From the NCBI GenBank assembly GCA_035285125.1, contig JAYKHR010000045.1:64001-128000 (forward strand): a stretch of DNA of 64,000 nt. Direction: 5' to 3'. The DNA comes from Candidatus Sericytochromatia bacterium (GTDB lineage Bacteria; Cyanobacteriota; Sericytochromatia; S15B-MN24; JAQBPE01). Made by a program: the position numbers and the translations under genes. Each line of letters begins with the position of its first letter. Within the stretch, counting starts at the first letter, position 1. This document shows, piece after piece, positions 17,713-28,074 of this stretch. The notes below the pieces were generated by a model, which saw nothing but the letters and a program-made list of their open reading frames with translations, ran no database searches and was not told where the DNA came from.

Positions 17713-19080
17713 TCAGGCGGGCGCGAGCGGGGGTGGGGCAGGGCAGCCGGCTCCAAGGGGAGCAGCACGGTGAAGGTGCTGCCCGCCCCGACGGCGCTCT
17801 CGACCCCGATGGTGCCGCCTCGCCTGGCAGATGGCGAGCCCCAGGCCCGTGCCGCCAACGCGGCGGCTGGTGGTGCCGTCCACCTGATGGAAGCGCTCGA
17901 AGATGGCGGCGTGGTGGACCGGGGGGATGCCGACGCCGGTGTCCGCCACGACCAGCCGGACATGGTCCTCCACCTCGTCCAGCCGGGCCTCCACGCGCCC
18001 CCCCACCGGCGTGAAGCTGTGCGCGTTCACCAGCAGGTTGCGCAGCACCTGCGCGATCTGCGGCGCGTCGAGCAGCGCGGGCAGGGGGCCTTCGGGCAGC
18101 CTGCGCACCAGCGCGAGGCCCTTCTGCTGGTAGAGAGGCTCGAGGCCGTCGAGCACCTCCTCGGCCAGCTGGCGGACGTCCACCGGGTCGCGGTCGTGGG
18201 TCATCTCGCCCGACTCGATGCGGGAGTAGATCAGCAGGTCGCCGACGAGGCGCGCCAGCACGTCGGTCTGGGCCACGATCGTCTCGCCCAGCACCTGCTT
18301 GCCAGCCTGCGCGTCTTGCAGGCCGAGCCAGGCAGCGGCCTTGATCGCGGCCTGCGGGGTGCGAAGCTCGTGGCTGACGCTGCCCACGAAGGCCGACTTC
18401 AGCCGGTCGAGCTCCCGCAGCTTGGCTTGCTGCGCACGAAGCTCCTCGGTGGTGGCCTGCAGCTCGGCCTCGAACCGCTCCAGCGTGGCCAAGCCCATGC
18501 CGATGCCCACGACGAGGTGCAGCACGCCGCCCGCCCAGTACCCCAGCCAGGCGCCCCCCGTGTCCCCGATGACGGGAAAGGCGAGGGGGAGGAGCCCCGC
18601 CGCGATGAGCGGCCAGCCGACCCAGCGCAGGCTCCCCTGGCCGAGGTGCCGAGGCTGGCGCGTCAGGGTGCACCCCACCCAGACGGCCGAGGCGCTCAAC
18701 CCCAGCATCATGGGCGCCGCGGCCACGGGGAAGGGCTGTCCGAGGGCCATCGCGCCCAGGCTCCCCAGCACGGCCACGCCCGGCAGGCCCAGCACGGCGC
18801 GCGAGACGACGACGGGCAACGGCAGCTGCGAGACCATCTGCATCAGCAGGGTGATGTTCACGCCCACGATCGCCACCTCCGCGGCGTTGAGCAGCCAGGA
18901 CCTCCCCACCAGGGAGGCCAGCAGCTCACAAGCGATGCTGGCAAAGACGCAGGCGTAGGAGCGGCACCAGGTCTCGAAGTGCGGAGCCGCCGGGATGCGC
19001 CGCCGCAAGAGCAAGGAGAGCCCCAGCACGATGCCGACGGCCGTGAGGTTCCAGAGGGAGGCGAACTGAACGAGAGACAT
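17713..19080 (-). pseudogene. membrane sensor histidine kinase with frameshifted C-terminus
   Basis: About 7 TM segments, SHELRTP, NLLVNA, DTGVGI, GGTGLGLAIC; the expected GGTIGVES..G.GSTF continues in another frame after about 17820. Confidence 0.75.
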
Positions 19081-19231
19081 GGAAGGAAAGGTGTCCAGGC
19101 TTCGGTCAGGGTCGTTGAGGCGCAAGATGCGCCGGCATCTCCCTGACAGCCCCGAACCGGTGGCTGCAGGCCATTCAGCGTACAGGTCTCTCCCCGACTG
19201 GGCAACGCTGCCCCCCGGGTATGACACCCCC

Positions 19232-19795
19232 ATGACCGACGACGACCACGCCTGGAAGCAGCTGCTCGACCCCCACAGCCAGTTCCCCGCCGAGGCCCTG
19301 ACGGGGCTCGAGCAGCGGGCCCGCGAAGCCCTGATGGCCTGCGGCGAGGTGGCGCTCGCGCGCACGGGCGAGGCCGCCGTCGACGGGCGCCGGCCCTTCG
19401 ACCCGGCGTTCTGGACGAGGCTCCCGCGCTGGCGGACGCGGGACGTCTTCCAGGCCGACGTCCCCGTGGGGCTCGACTGGGGCGGTGAGGAGCTGGCCTT
19501 CCTCTCGCTCGTGGTGACGGAGGAGGCGCTGGAGGTCCGGTTGCCGGCGATCGCGTGGACCACGGGCTACGGCGGGCCCGCCCTCGTCGCGAGCCTGTGG
19601 CGCCGGGAGCCCTTCGCCAAGCTGCGCGGGTCGGCCCTGCGCACGCTGCTGGCGGAGGGCTTCGAGGCGCTGCGCGCCCGCCACGTGGTCTGCAGCCGCT
19701 GCGGCGAGGGCTTCGGGCCGGGGCGCTGCCTCACGGTGGGAGACGAGGTGGTCTGCCACGGGTGCGCGGAGGGGGAACTCGGGGTGGTGTTCTGA
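19232..19795 (+). CDS. hypothetical protein with C-terminal Cys cluster (CSRC...CHGC)
   Basis: ORF with GC3 bias; probable zinc ribbon ending GVVF. Confidence 0.7.
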   Translation: MTDDDHAWKQLLDPHSQFPAEALTGLEQRAREALMACGEVALARTGEAAVDGRRPFDPAFWTRLPRWRTRDVFQADVPVGLDWGGEELAFLSLVVTEEALEVRLPAIAWTTGYGGPALVASLWRREPFAKLRGSALRTLLAEGFEALRARHVVCSRCGEGFGPGRCLTVGDEVVCHGCAEGELGVVF

Positions 19796-19877
19796 GGGGG
19801 GCGGCCGCCACCAGCCCGAGGCCCCGACGCGCGGCAAGCCCCGGCGGGGCGTAACCCGCTCCACCCCCGACGCCACC

Positions 19878-19912
19878 AAAAAGCCCCCCACCCGGAAATC
19901 CAGGTGAGGAGC
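19878..19912 (-). terminator. rho-independent terminator downstream of tRNA
   Basis: Minus strand gctcctcacctggatttccgggtggggggc followed by ttttt. Confidence 0.7.
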
Positions 19913-19917
19913 CAAGG

Positions 19918-19998
19918 TGCCCGAGGCCGGGGTCGAACCGGCACGCCTTGCGGCGGTCGATTTTGAGTCGACTGCGTCTGCCATTCCGCCACTCGGGC
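19918..19998 (-). tRNA. tRNA-Leu(CAA)
   Basis: GCCCGAG acceptor stem, D loop GGAATGGCAGAC, anticodon arm GTCGA-CTCAAAA-TCGAC, long variable arm, GGTTCGACCCC T arm; 3' CCA not fully encoded (A-CCT). Confidence 0.97.
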
Positions 19999-20048
19999 AG
20001 CGGTGCTTCATCATAGCCCCTTGCCCCCCGACGGGCAACCCGGCCCCC

Positions 20049-21083
20049 TCAGCGCGGTGGAAAGAAGAGCTGGCGGTTGAGAGCCGGGAAGAAGTCCTTG
20101 AGCACGGGGTGCTGGTGCCAGACGCCGAGCATCGTCGCCAGGTACTCCAGCTGCTCGGCGAGCGGCTCGGGCTTGGCGCCCTTCTTGACCTCCAGCACGG
20201 CCTCCTTGAGCTCGCCGAAGATGCGCAGGGCCGTCTCGGCGTGCTGGGTGGCGCGGGGATCGTCCTTGAGGCGGGCGGCGAGCAGGCGGGCGCGCTTGGA
20301 CTGCGGGTTGAAGATGTCGAGCAACCCCGTCCCGACGACGGGCCGTTGCAACTCGAGCAGGCGCCGCACCTCCGCCATGCCGGGCGCGAGGTGCTGGATG
20401 ACGGCCTCCCCGCGCTGCCAGGTGGCCTGGCGCATGGCCGCGTACCGCGTGGCGCTGTCCTGCGGGTTCAGCACGCCCGTGCCGCGGGCCTGCAGCGCGC
20501 CCGTGCCCGGGGCGCGCTGGCGAGGCTCCTCGGGCGGCGGGAACATCTGGCCGAGCAGGTGGTCGTGGCGGAACTCGAGGTGCAAGATGGTGAGGGGGTA
20601 GAACTTGCGCTTCACCTCCTCGAGCGTCTGCGGGCCCGCCCGCCCCTCGCGCATCGCCCGCCGGGCACCCGTAACGGCCTGGGCCGCGTCGTGGAAGCGG
20701 AAGACGGCCACCTGCATCTGGCGCGCCAGGTCCGGCTTCATCACGGCGATCTTCTCGAGGTACGCGATGATCTTCTTGCCCTGCGGCGAGAGGGCGTGCT
20801 TGTGGGTCCACGCCTCGACGCCCGGGATCGGCATCTGGACAGCCTGCAGGGAATGGACGAGCAGCTCCATCCGTTGCTCGAGCGCCTGGACGTGCTTGGA
20901 GACCCGTGCCACCGTGGTCTCCAGTGACGCCTTGAAGACCGCCTCGTCGACCAGCGGGGCCGTGCCCGGCCGCGCGAGGGGGCCCGAGGCCGGGGGCTGC
21001 GGGAGCCGACCGGTGCCCGGGAGGGGCTTCGTGGTGTTCAGCTGGAGCTGATCCCCCTGTCGCTGGGCTCGATCCTCGCTCAA
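20049..21083 (-). CDS. hypothetical helical protein with recurring GTxxL motifs
   Basis: TTG start; coding-like codon bias; two similar halves ending LEFRHDHLLGQMFPP and VWHQHPVLKDFFP. Confidence 0.7.
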   Translation of the reverse strand: MSEDRAQRQGDQLQLNTTKPLPGTGRLPQPPASGPLARPGTAPLVDEAVFKASLETTVARVSKHVQALEQRMELLVHSLQAVQMPIPGVEAWTHKHALSPQGKKIIAYLEKIAVMKPDLARQMQVAVFRFHDAAQAVTGARRAMREGRAGPQTLEEVKRKFYPLTILHLEFRHDHLLGQMFPPPEEPRQRAPGTGALQARGTGVLNPQDSATRYAAMRQATWQRGEAVIQHLAPGMAEVRRLLELQRPVVGTGLLDIFNPQSKRARLLAARLKDDPRATQHAETALRIFGELKEAVLEVKKGAKPEPLAEQLEYLATMLGVWHQHPVLKDFFPALNRQLFFPPR

Positions 21084-21395
21084 CGCACCTGCGGGCTCAC
21101 CCGCCGCTCGTCAGGGCCGCCCGGGCTCACCGGGCGCAGCGGCCCGGCCGCTTTTCTCCTCATACCCGCCCGTGCGGCAGATCACGCCGGGGGTGTGTCG
21201 AGGGTCCTCGCGCCCGGGGCTCGCCGCGGGGCACCATGGTCTCCATGCCCACCCCCCGTCGTCCCGGCCCCGCCTCCTTGACCCCCCTGCGACCCAACGC
21301 CGTCGAGCGGCCGGCCCAGCCCGCGCAGCGCCCCCTGGCCCTCCCGGGTTGCCTGCGCCCCGGGCCCCATGCCGAGCCCGCTGAAGCCCGCCGGC

Positions 21396-22574
21396 TCACG
21401 GGTTGAAGACGAGCGTCCCCAGGCTCCGTGCAATCGCGGCCTGGTGAGGCGGCAGCAGCCGGGCCTCGCCCCCGAAGGTGATGGCATAGAGCCGGTCGTC
21501 CTGAAAGAAGAGCCAGGTGTCGGCGGCCCAGCTGCCCTGGCGCTGGGCGACGTGGGCGGCCTGCACCCCGAAGCGCCCCTCCAGCTTGATGCCAGGACCG
21601 TACGTCACCGCCTCGGCCAGCAGCAGCTGGCGGGCCCGCGCCACCCGCTGGTCGGGCTTGAAGCGCGCGAGGTCGGGGACGTCCCGCCAGACAAGCAGCA
21701 GGGTCGGCGGCTGCTCCGTCCCACCTGGGGCCGCCAGCGCACTGCCGGGGCCGAACAACGCCCGGCGCTCGCCCCGCTCATCGCCCTCGTCGAGCAGCAC
21801 GAAACCCGCCGGCGGCACGAACTCGAAGGTGCCGTCGAGGGCCTTGAACCAGCCCGGGCGGGCGTTGCGGGAGCGCGCCCGCGGGCCGGCGCCGGGCGCC
21901 TCCGCCGCGAGCCACGGGGTGCGGGGGGGCGGGGTGGCGGTGGCCCGGGCCGGCGTCGGCAGGGCAGGCACAGGCGTCGGCCGGGCAGCCGAAGGCGAAG
22001 CCAGGACAGCCGATGCCGGCGATGGTTGCACCGCCGGTGCAGAGGTAGACGGTGAGGGCAACGGCAGGACCGCCGGCGGGGAGGTGGCCGGCGGGGGCAG
22101 GGCAGCCTGCCCGGAGGTGACCGGCGAGGCCGACAGCGCGCCATGCGAGGCTGCCGGCGCAGCTGAGGCCGCCGGCGGGCCCGACGCTGCGGGCGAGGGA
22201 CCGAGGGCGGCCGGGGCCAGCCCCTGGCCCGGCAACGCCAGCTCGCCGAAGGTCGCCAGCCACATCTCGGCATCCCGCCCGAAGGGCCCGGCCGGGTCGA
22301 GCTCCTGCACGCGGTGCCAGGCCACCGCCGCGGCCTGGTGGCGCCCGAGGCGCCAGCACACGAGCGCCAGGTAGTAGTGGGCCTCCCGGTCCTTCGGGTG
22401 CTCGGCGGCGAGGCGCTCCAGCAGCGGGAGGGCGGCCTCATGCCGGCCCTCCCTGTAGGCCTGGCGGGCCTCGCCCCAAACGTCCTCGGCCGCTCCGGCG
22501 GGGAGGCCGCCGAGCAGCATCAGGCCGAGCAGACAGCCGCCGGCGAGCCGCCCCGGGCGCGTGCACGTTCGCAT
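21396..22574 (-). CDS. secreted tetratricopeptide repeat protein with Pro/Ala linker
   Basis: Signal peptide ending AGA-AE; TPR-like EAHYYLALVCWRLG...ELDP; C-terminal PsbP-like beta domain (tentative). Confidence 0.75.
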   Translation of the reverse strand: MRTCTRPGRLAGGCLLGLMLLGGLPAGAAEDVWGEARQAYREGRHEAALPLLERLAAEHPKDREAHYYLALVCWRLGRHQAAAVAWHRVQELDPAGPFGRDAEMWLATFGELALPGQGLAPAALGPSPAASGPPAASAAPAASHGALSASPVTSGQAALPPPATSPPAVLPLPSPSTSAPAVQPSPASAVLASPSAARPTPVPALPTPARATATPPPRTPWLAAEAPGAGPRARSRNARPGWFKALDGTFEFVPPAGFVLLDEGDERGERRALFGPGSALAAPGGTEQPPTLLLVWRDVPDLARFKPDQRVARARQLLLAEAVTYGPGIKLEGRFGVQAAHVAQRQGSWAADTWLFFQDDRLYAITFGGEARLLPPHQAAIARSLGTLVFNP

Positions 22575-22663
22575 GGCGCCATGTTACGCCGTCACCTCCC
22601 GGGAGGCAAACGGAGCCCCTCGCGGGGGTACAATAGCGGTCCTGCCGCTGACTGGAGCCACGC

Positions 22664-24385
22664 TTGCCCCACCCCGCCCGGATCGAATGGCGCGTGCGCC
22701 AGCCCGAACCCGACGCCCTGGCTGCGCTCGAGGCGATGCCGGGCACCTCCCGCCTGCTCGCGCAGGTGCTGGCCGCGCGGGGGTGGCGCCCGGGTCCCGC
22801 GCTGACGACCTTCCTCGCCCCGCCGTCCACGCGGGAGCCGGACTACGGCGCGTTGCCAGGCGTGCCAGAGGCCGTGACCCTGTTGCTGGGGGCGATCGCC
22901 CGGCGCGAGCGCATCACGGTGTGCGGAGACTACGACATCGACGGCATCGCCTCCACCTCGCTGCTGGTGCGCGCCCTCGAGCACCACGATGCCGTGGTCG
23001 ACCACTTCCTGCCCCACCGCCTGGTCGAGGGCTACGGGCTCAACGCCACGACCATCCAGGGCCTCGCCGACCAGGGCACCCGCGTGCTGGTGACCGTCGA
23101 CAACGGCATCTCCAGCCACGAGCAGATCGCCTTCGCGCGCAGCCTGGGGCTCGACGTGATCATCACGGACCACCACCGGCCGGGGGCGTCGCTCCCGAAT
23201 GCCACCGTGATCGTGAACCCCTGGCTAATGGCCGACCCGGGCGGGCTGGCCCCGCTCGCGGGCGTCGGCGTGGCTTACGCGCTGGCCCGCAGCCTGGACC
23301 ACGCCCTGCCCCCGCGCGAGCCCGACGCCCGGCACCTGCTGGACCTCGTCGCGCTCGGCACGCTGGGGGACCAGGCCCCCCTGGTCGACGAGAACCGCCG
23401 GCTCGTGAGGCAGGGTCTCGCCCGCATCAGCCGGTCACCCCGCCGGGGCGTCGCGGCACTCGCCCGGGCCGCCCGCTGCAACCTGAAGGCCGCGAACCTC
23501 TCGGAGCTGCTCTCCCAGCGGGTCATCCCGCGCATCAACGCCGCAGGCCGCATGGCGCACCCGAGGCTGGCCCTGGAGCTGCTGCTGGCCCACGACGACG
23601 CCCCCGCCCGGCAGATGGCGGACCAGCTGGAGCGGCTGAACCAGGAGCGCCGGCTGCTCTCCCTCGCCATCGAGGCCGAGGCCATCGCCCGGGTGGCTGG
23701 CGGCGACATGCCCGGCGGCCCCGCGATCATCCTGGCGGACGCGGGCTGGCACCACGGCGTGCTCGGCATCGTCGCCTCCAGGCTCGCCGAGCGCTTCAGG
23801 CGCCCGACGCTGCTGTTCGCCCCCGAAGACAACGGCCACCTGCGTGGCTCGGGCCGCAGCGTGTCCGGCCACGACCTTCACGCCACGCTGGAGGCCGTCG
23901 GAAAGGTGCTCGGGCGGTTCGGGGGCCACGCGAACGCGGTGGGGCTGTCCGTCGCCCCCGAGGACTTCGAGTTCTTCTGCGCGATCTTCCAGGCAGAGGT
24001 GGCGGTGCGCCTGACGGCGCCGGTGAGCTACACCAAGGTCTGGGAGGTCGATGCTGAGCCGCCGCTCTCGGCGCTCGGCTTCGAGGCGGTGGCCAGCCTG
24101 CAGGCGCTGGAGCCGACGGGCCCGGAGAACCCTGGCCCCACCTTCGGGCTGCGCGGGGCCACCGTGCTGCGTCAGGAGCGGCGGGGCCCCGAGGACGAGC
24201 ACCTCTGGCTCGAGGTGGCCGACCAGACGGGCCAGGCAGCCGCGATCGCCTTCGGCCAGGGAAAGCGCCATCCGCTGCCGGAGGGGCCCGTCGATCTGGT
24301 CTACCAGCCCGTGGCCGAGCGCTGGCAGGGCCAGAACCGTCTCACCCTGAAGGTCCTGGCCGTCGGACCCGCTGCCGACGCCTGA
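22664..24385 (+). CDS. recJ: single-stranded-DNA-specific exonuclease RecJ
   Basis: [53 protein letters not shown]. Confidence 0.95.
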   Translation: MPHPARIEWRVRQPEPDALAALEAMPGTSRLLAQVLAARGWRPGPALTTFLAPPSTREPDYGALPGVPEAVTLLLGAIARRERITVCGDYDIDGIASTSLLVRALEHHDAVVDHFLPHRLVEGYGLNATTIQGLADQGTRVLVTVDNGISSHEQIAFARSLGLDVIITDHHRPGASLPNATVIVNPWLMADPGGLAPLAGVGVAYALARSLDHALPPREPDARHLLDLVALGTLGDQAPLVDENRRLVRQGLARISRSPRRGVAALARAARCNLKAANLSELLSQRVIPRINAAGRMAHPRLALELLLAHDDAPARQMADQLERLNQERRLLSLAIEAEAIARVAGGDMPGGPAIILADAGWHHGVLGIVASRLAERFRRPTLLFAPEDNGHLRGSGRSVSGHDLHATLEAVGKVLGRFGGHANAVGLSVAPEDFEFFCAIFQAEVAVRLTAPVSYTKVWEVDAEPPLSALGFEAVASLQALEPTGPENPGPTFGLRGATVLRQERRGPEDEHLWLEVADQTGQAAAIAFGQGKRHPLPEGPVDLVYQPVAERWQGQNRLTLKVLAVGPAADA

Positions 24386-24432
24386 CGCGCATCGTGTATC
24401 ATCGTCGCGTCCCCTCCCAGAAAGGAGCCGCG

Positions 24433-24963
24433 ATGACCACCACGCCGATGCTCGACCTGGACGCCTACGTCCGCGACATCCCCGACTTCCCCAAGCCGGG
24501 CATCGTGTTCAAGGACATCTCGCCGCTGCTGCGGGACGCCGCGGCCTTCAGTGCGGCCATCGACAGGCTGGTGGCACACCACCGGACGCTGGCGGTCGAC
24601 TACGTGGTGGGCATCGAGTCCCGGGGCTTCCTCGTCGGCGCCCCGCTGGCGAACCACCTCGGCAAGGGCTTCATCCCCGTGCGCAAGCCGGGCAAGCTGC
24701 CTGCCCGCACCGAGGCCATCGCGTACGCGCTGGAGTACGGCTCCGGCACGCTGGAGATCCACGCCGACGCGCTGGCGGCCGGCCATCGGGTGCTGATCGT
24801 GGACGACCTGCTCGCCACCGGCGGGACGGTGGCGGCCACGCGGGCGCTGGTCGAGCGCCTCGGGGGCCACGTCGTGGGGGTCAGCTTCCTGATCGAGCTG
24901 GCCTTCCTCGGCGGACGCGAGCGGCTGCCAGGGCTGGACGTGCACGCCCTGCTGACCTACTAG
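24433..24963 (+). CDS. apt: adenine phosphoribosyltransferase
   Basis: [45 protein letters not shown]. Confidence 0.97.
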   Translation: MTTTPMLDLDAYVRDIPDFPKPGIVFKDISPLLRDAAAFSAAIDRLVAHHRTLAVDYVVGIESRGFLVGAPLANHLGKGFIPVRKPGKLPARTEAIAYALEYGSGTLEIHADALAAGHRVLIVDDLLATGGTVAATRALVERLGGHVVGVSFLIELAFLGGRERLPGLDVHALLTY

Positions 24964-25194
24964 AAGCCGCACCTGCACGGCCGGGCGGGGTTGCAGCGCC
25001 AGGACAGCTGGAACTCCCGCCCGTCACGCACGTCCGCTGCGGATTTCTGCTAGGATTAGGGGTGAGGAAGGCGTGGCCGGCCTCACCTTCCGGCTCCTCG
25101 GAGCCCCCGCCGGGTCCCGCCCCCCGCCAGGCGGCGACCCACCCCCGACGAAGTGGGTCCAGGCGAGTGGACGAGCGCGGCGCGCACGTGGCAC

Positions 25195-27384
25195 ATGGCC
25201 AGCGAGACCTCCGTCGACAAATCAGGGCTCTTCAAGACCGTCTCCGGCTACATGAAGCCGGAGGACGTGGCCCTCGTCGAGCGCGCCTGCGCCTGCGCCG
25301 AGGGGCTGCACGACGGGCAGACGCGGAAGTCAGGCGAGCCCTACATCATGCACCCCGTGGAGGTCGCCAAGATCCTCGCGGGGCTTGAGGCCGATGGCGC
25401 GACCGTCGCCGCCGCGTTGCTCCATGACGTGCTCGAGGACTGCCACATCGAGCCGGACGACCTCAAGAAGCAGTTCGGCTCCGAGGTCTGCCGCCTCGTC
25501 GAGGGCGTAACCAAGCTCGGCAAGATCTCGTTCTCCAGCAAGGAGGAGCGCCAGGCCGAGAACTTCCGTCGGATGTTCCTCGCGATGGGCAAGGACATCC
25601 GCGTGATCCTCCTGAAGCTCGCGGATCGCCTTCACAACATGCGCACGCTGGCGCATATGAAGCCGGATAAGCAGCAGGAAATCGCCCGCGAGACGCTCGA
25701 AATCTTCGCCCCGCTGGCCCACCGCCTCGGCCTCGGCCGCATCAAGGCCGAGCTGGAGGACTGGTCGCTGCGATACCTGCATCCAGATGCATATTACCGC
25801 CTCTCTCAGCTGGTGGCGGCCAAGCGAGAGGAGCGCGAGGCGATCATCGCGCGCATCGTCGGAGACCTGCAGGGCGAACTCGGCAAGCTGGGTGTCACGT
25901 GCAAGCTGTCCGGGCGCCCCAAGCACTTTTACTCGATCTGGCAGAAGATGACGAGCCAGAACAAGGAGTTCACGGACCTCTACGACATCACGGCGGTGCG
26001 GGTGCTGGTGGACTCCCTCAAGGAGTGCTACGAGACGCTCGGCGTGGTCCACTCGCTCTGGAAGCCAATCCCGGGGCGGTTCAAGGACTACATCGCCATG
26101 CCGAAGTCCAACCTCTACCAGTCGCTCCACACGGCCGTGATCGGGCCGAAGGGCAGCCCCGTCGAGATCCAGATTCGCACCTTCGAGATGCACCGCGTGG
26201 CGGAGTACGGCATCGCGGCGCACTGGCGCTACAAGGAGGGCGGCAAGGAGCTGTCCGACCTGGACACCAAGCTGACGTGGCTCCGGCAGATGCTCGACTG
26301 GCAGAACGACCTCAAGGACGCCAACGAGTACCTCACGACGGTGAAGGAGGACCTGTTCGCGGACGAGGTCTTCGTGTTCAGCCCCCGCGGCGACGTCATC
26401 GACCTGCCGCGCGACGCCACCCCCCTCGACTTCGCCTACCGCATCCACACCGACGTCGGCCACCGCTGCGTGGGGGCCAAGGTCAACGGCCGCATCGTGC
26501 CGCTCGACACCCACCTCGCCAACGGCGACATCGTGGAGGTCATCACGAGCAAGAAGCCCTCGCCCAGCCGGGACTGGCTCAAGATTGTCGCCACAACATC
26601 TGCGAAAAACCGCATCCGTCAGTGGTACAAGAAGGAGCACCGCGACGAGAACATCGCGCTGGGCCGGGAGGCGCTCGAGCGCGAGGTGGGGCGCAACGGG
26701 CTGGAGCAGCTGCTCCGGAGCGACAGGGCGCTGGAGACGGCCCAGAAGTTCAACTGCCCAACGGTCGACGACCTGCTCGCGGCGATCGGCTATGGCGAGC
26801 TCGGCGTGATGCAGGTGCTCAATCGGCTGCGCCCGGAGCCGACCGCTCCGGCGCTGCCGCCCGAGGCGCCTCGCGAGGTCCTCCGGGACCGGAACGGCGC
26901 GCGCGGCAAGAACGCCATCCTGATCGACGGCAGCGACTCGATGCTCGTGAACATGGCGCGGTGCTGCATGCCGCTGCCGGGAGAGGCTGTGCGCGGGGCC
27001 GTGACGCGCGGTCGTGGAATCACGGTGCACGCGGCGGACTGCATGAACCTGGCGCAGGTGGATCCCGACCGCACCGTGGCCGTCGAGTGGGCGCAGGCCG
27101 CCTCGGGGGCGACGTACCCCGTCGAGATCGAGATCGAACTCATCGACCGCGTGGGGCTGCTCAAGGACGTCTCGGCCAAGATCGCGGACGCGAAGACCAA
27201 CATCCGGGCGGCGCGCATCCGCACGCTGAAGAACAAGGCTGCGCTGATCTCGCTCGTCGTCGACATCTCCGACACGGCGCACCTGCAGCGGGTGCTCTCG
27301 ACCGTCGGCAAGATGAGCGACGTGATCCGCGCCAACCGCGTGACCAAGCTGCGGCAGGGGCCGAGCCCCGGGGCCTCGCGATGA
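25195..27384 (+). CDS. relA: bifunctional (p)ppGpp synthetase/hydrolase (long RSH)
   Basis: HD motif LLHDVLED, KLADRLHNMRTL, RFKDYIA, YQSLHT, TGS, CC (RCCMPLPGE) and ACT domains. Confidence 0.96.
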   Translation: MASETSVDKSGLFKTVSGYMKPEDVALVERACACAEGLHDGQTRKSGEPYIMHPVEVAKILAGLEADGATVAAALLHDVLEDCHIEPDDLKKQFGSEVCRLVEGVTKLGKISFSSKEERQAENFRRMFLAMGKDIRVILLKLADRLHNMRTLAHMKPDKQQEIARETLEIFAPLAHRLGLGRIKAELEDWSLRYLHPDAYYRLSQLVAAKREEREAIIARIVGDLQGELGKLGVTCKLSGRPKHFYSIWQKMTSQNKEFTDLYDITAVRVLVDSLKECYETLGVVHSLWKPIPGRFKDYIAMPKSNLYQSLHTAVIGPKGSPVEIQIRTFEMHRVAEYGIAAHWRYKEGGKELSDLDTKLTWLRQMLDWQNDLKDANEYLTTVKEDLFADEVFVFSPRGDVIDLPRDATPLDFAYRIHTDVGHRCVGAKVNGRIVPLDTHLANGDIVEVITSKKPSPSRDWLKIVATTSAKNRIRQWYKKEHRDENIALGREALEREVGRNGLEQLLRSDRALETAQKFNCPTVDDLLAAIGYGELGVMQVLNRLRPEPTAPALPPEAPREVLRDRNGARGKNAILIDGSDSMLVNMARCCMPLPGEAVRGAVTRGRGITVHAADCMNLAQVDPDRTVAVEWAQAASGATYPVEIEIELIDRVGLLKDVSAKIADAKTNIRAARIRTLKNKAALISLVVDISDTAHLQRVLSTVGKMSDVIRANRVTKLRQGPSPGASR

Positions 27385-27980
27385 GCGCGCCCACGACGAT
27401 CCACCTGACCTCGACGAACGCCCACAAGCTGCAGGAACTCTCCACGATCTTCGCAGCGGAAGACGGCGCCTTCGTCTTCGCGCCGCCGCCCCGGCCGCTC
27501 GAGGTCGAGGAGACGGGGGAGACCTTCGCCGCCAACGCGCTGCTGAAGGCCCAGGCGGCCGCGGCGGCCTTCGGCACGCCGTGCCTGGCGGACGATTCGG
27601 GGCTGGCCGTCGAGGCGCTCGGCGGCCGCCCCGGCGTGTACTCCGCGCGCTACGCGGCCACGGACGCGGCCCGCATCGAGAAGCTGCTCGGGGAGCTCGC
27701 GGGCGTGCCCGCAGCCCGCCGCGGGGCTGCCTTCGTATGTGCCATGGCGCTCGCCTGGCCGGATGGGCGGACGCTGGTCGTGGAGGGTCGCTGCGAGGGC
27801 CGGATCACCGAGGCCCCGGCCGGCAGTGGGGGCTTCGGCTACGACCCGGTCTTCCTCGTGCCCGCGCACGGGCGGACCTTCGGCGAGCTGCCCGCCGAGG
27901 TCAAGCACACGATCAGCCACCGCGCGCAGGCGGCTGCCCGCCTGCGCGAGGCGCTGCGGGCGGCGGCCCGGACCCCTTAA
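27381..27980 (+). CDS. rdgB: non-canonical purine NTP pyrophosphatase (RdgB/HAM1)
   Basis: ATGA overlap with relA; STNAHK, EETG.TF..NA..KA, ADDSGL, GFGYDP, SHR. Confidence 0.95.
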   Translation: MSAPTTIHLTSTNAHKLQELSTIFAAEDGAFVFAPPPRPLEVEETGETFAANALLKAQAAAAAFGTPCLADDSGLAVEALGGRPGVYSARYAATDAARIEKLLGELAGVPAARRGAAFVCAMALAWPDGRTLVVEGRCEGRITEAPAGSGGFGYDPVFLVPAHGRTFGELPAEVKHTISHRAQAAARLREALRAAARTP

Positions 27981-28074
27981 CGGGAATAAATCAAAAAATT
28001 ATCCTGCGCATAACCAAGATCGCGCACCGTCGGGCGGACAACCATGGCATCCCCACGCCGAGAGGTACCGCCCG

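Noticed and set aside
15750..19998. ars genes and kinase downstream of tRNA-Leu as a genomic island
   Set aside because: No integrase, no duplicated tRNA 3' end noticed, and GC similar to flanks
28003..28030. XerC-arm-like CCTGCGCATAA (and XerD-arm-like half site near 31266-31276)
   Set aside because: Only half sites; no partner arm at 6-bp spacing
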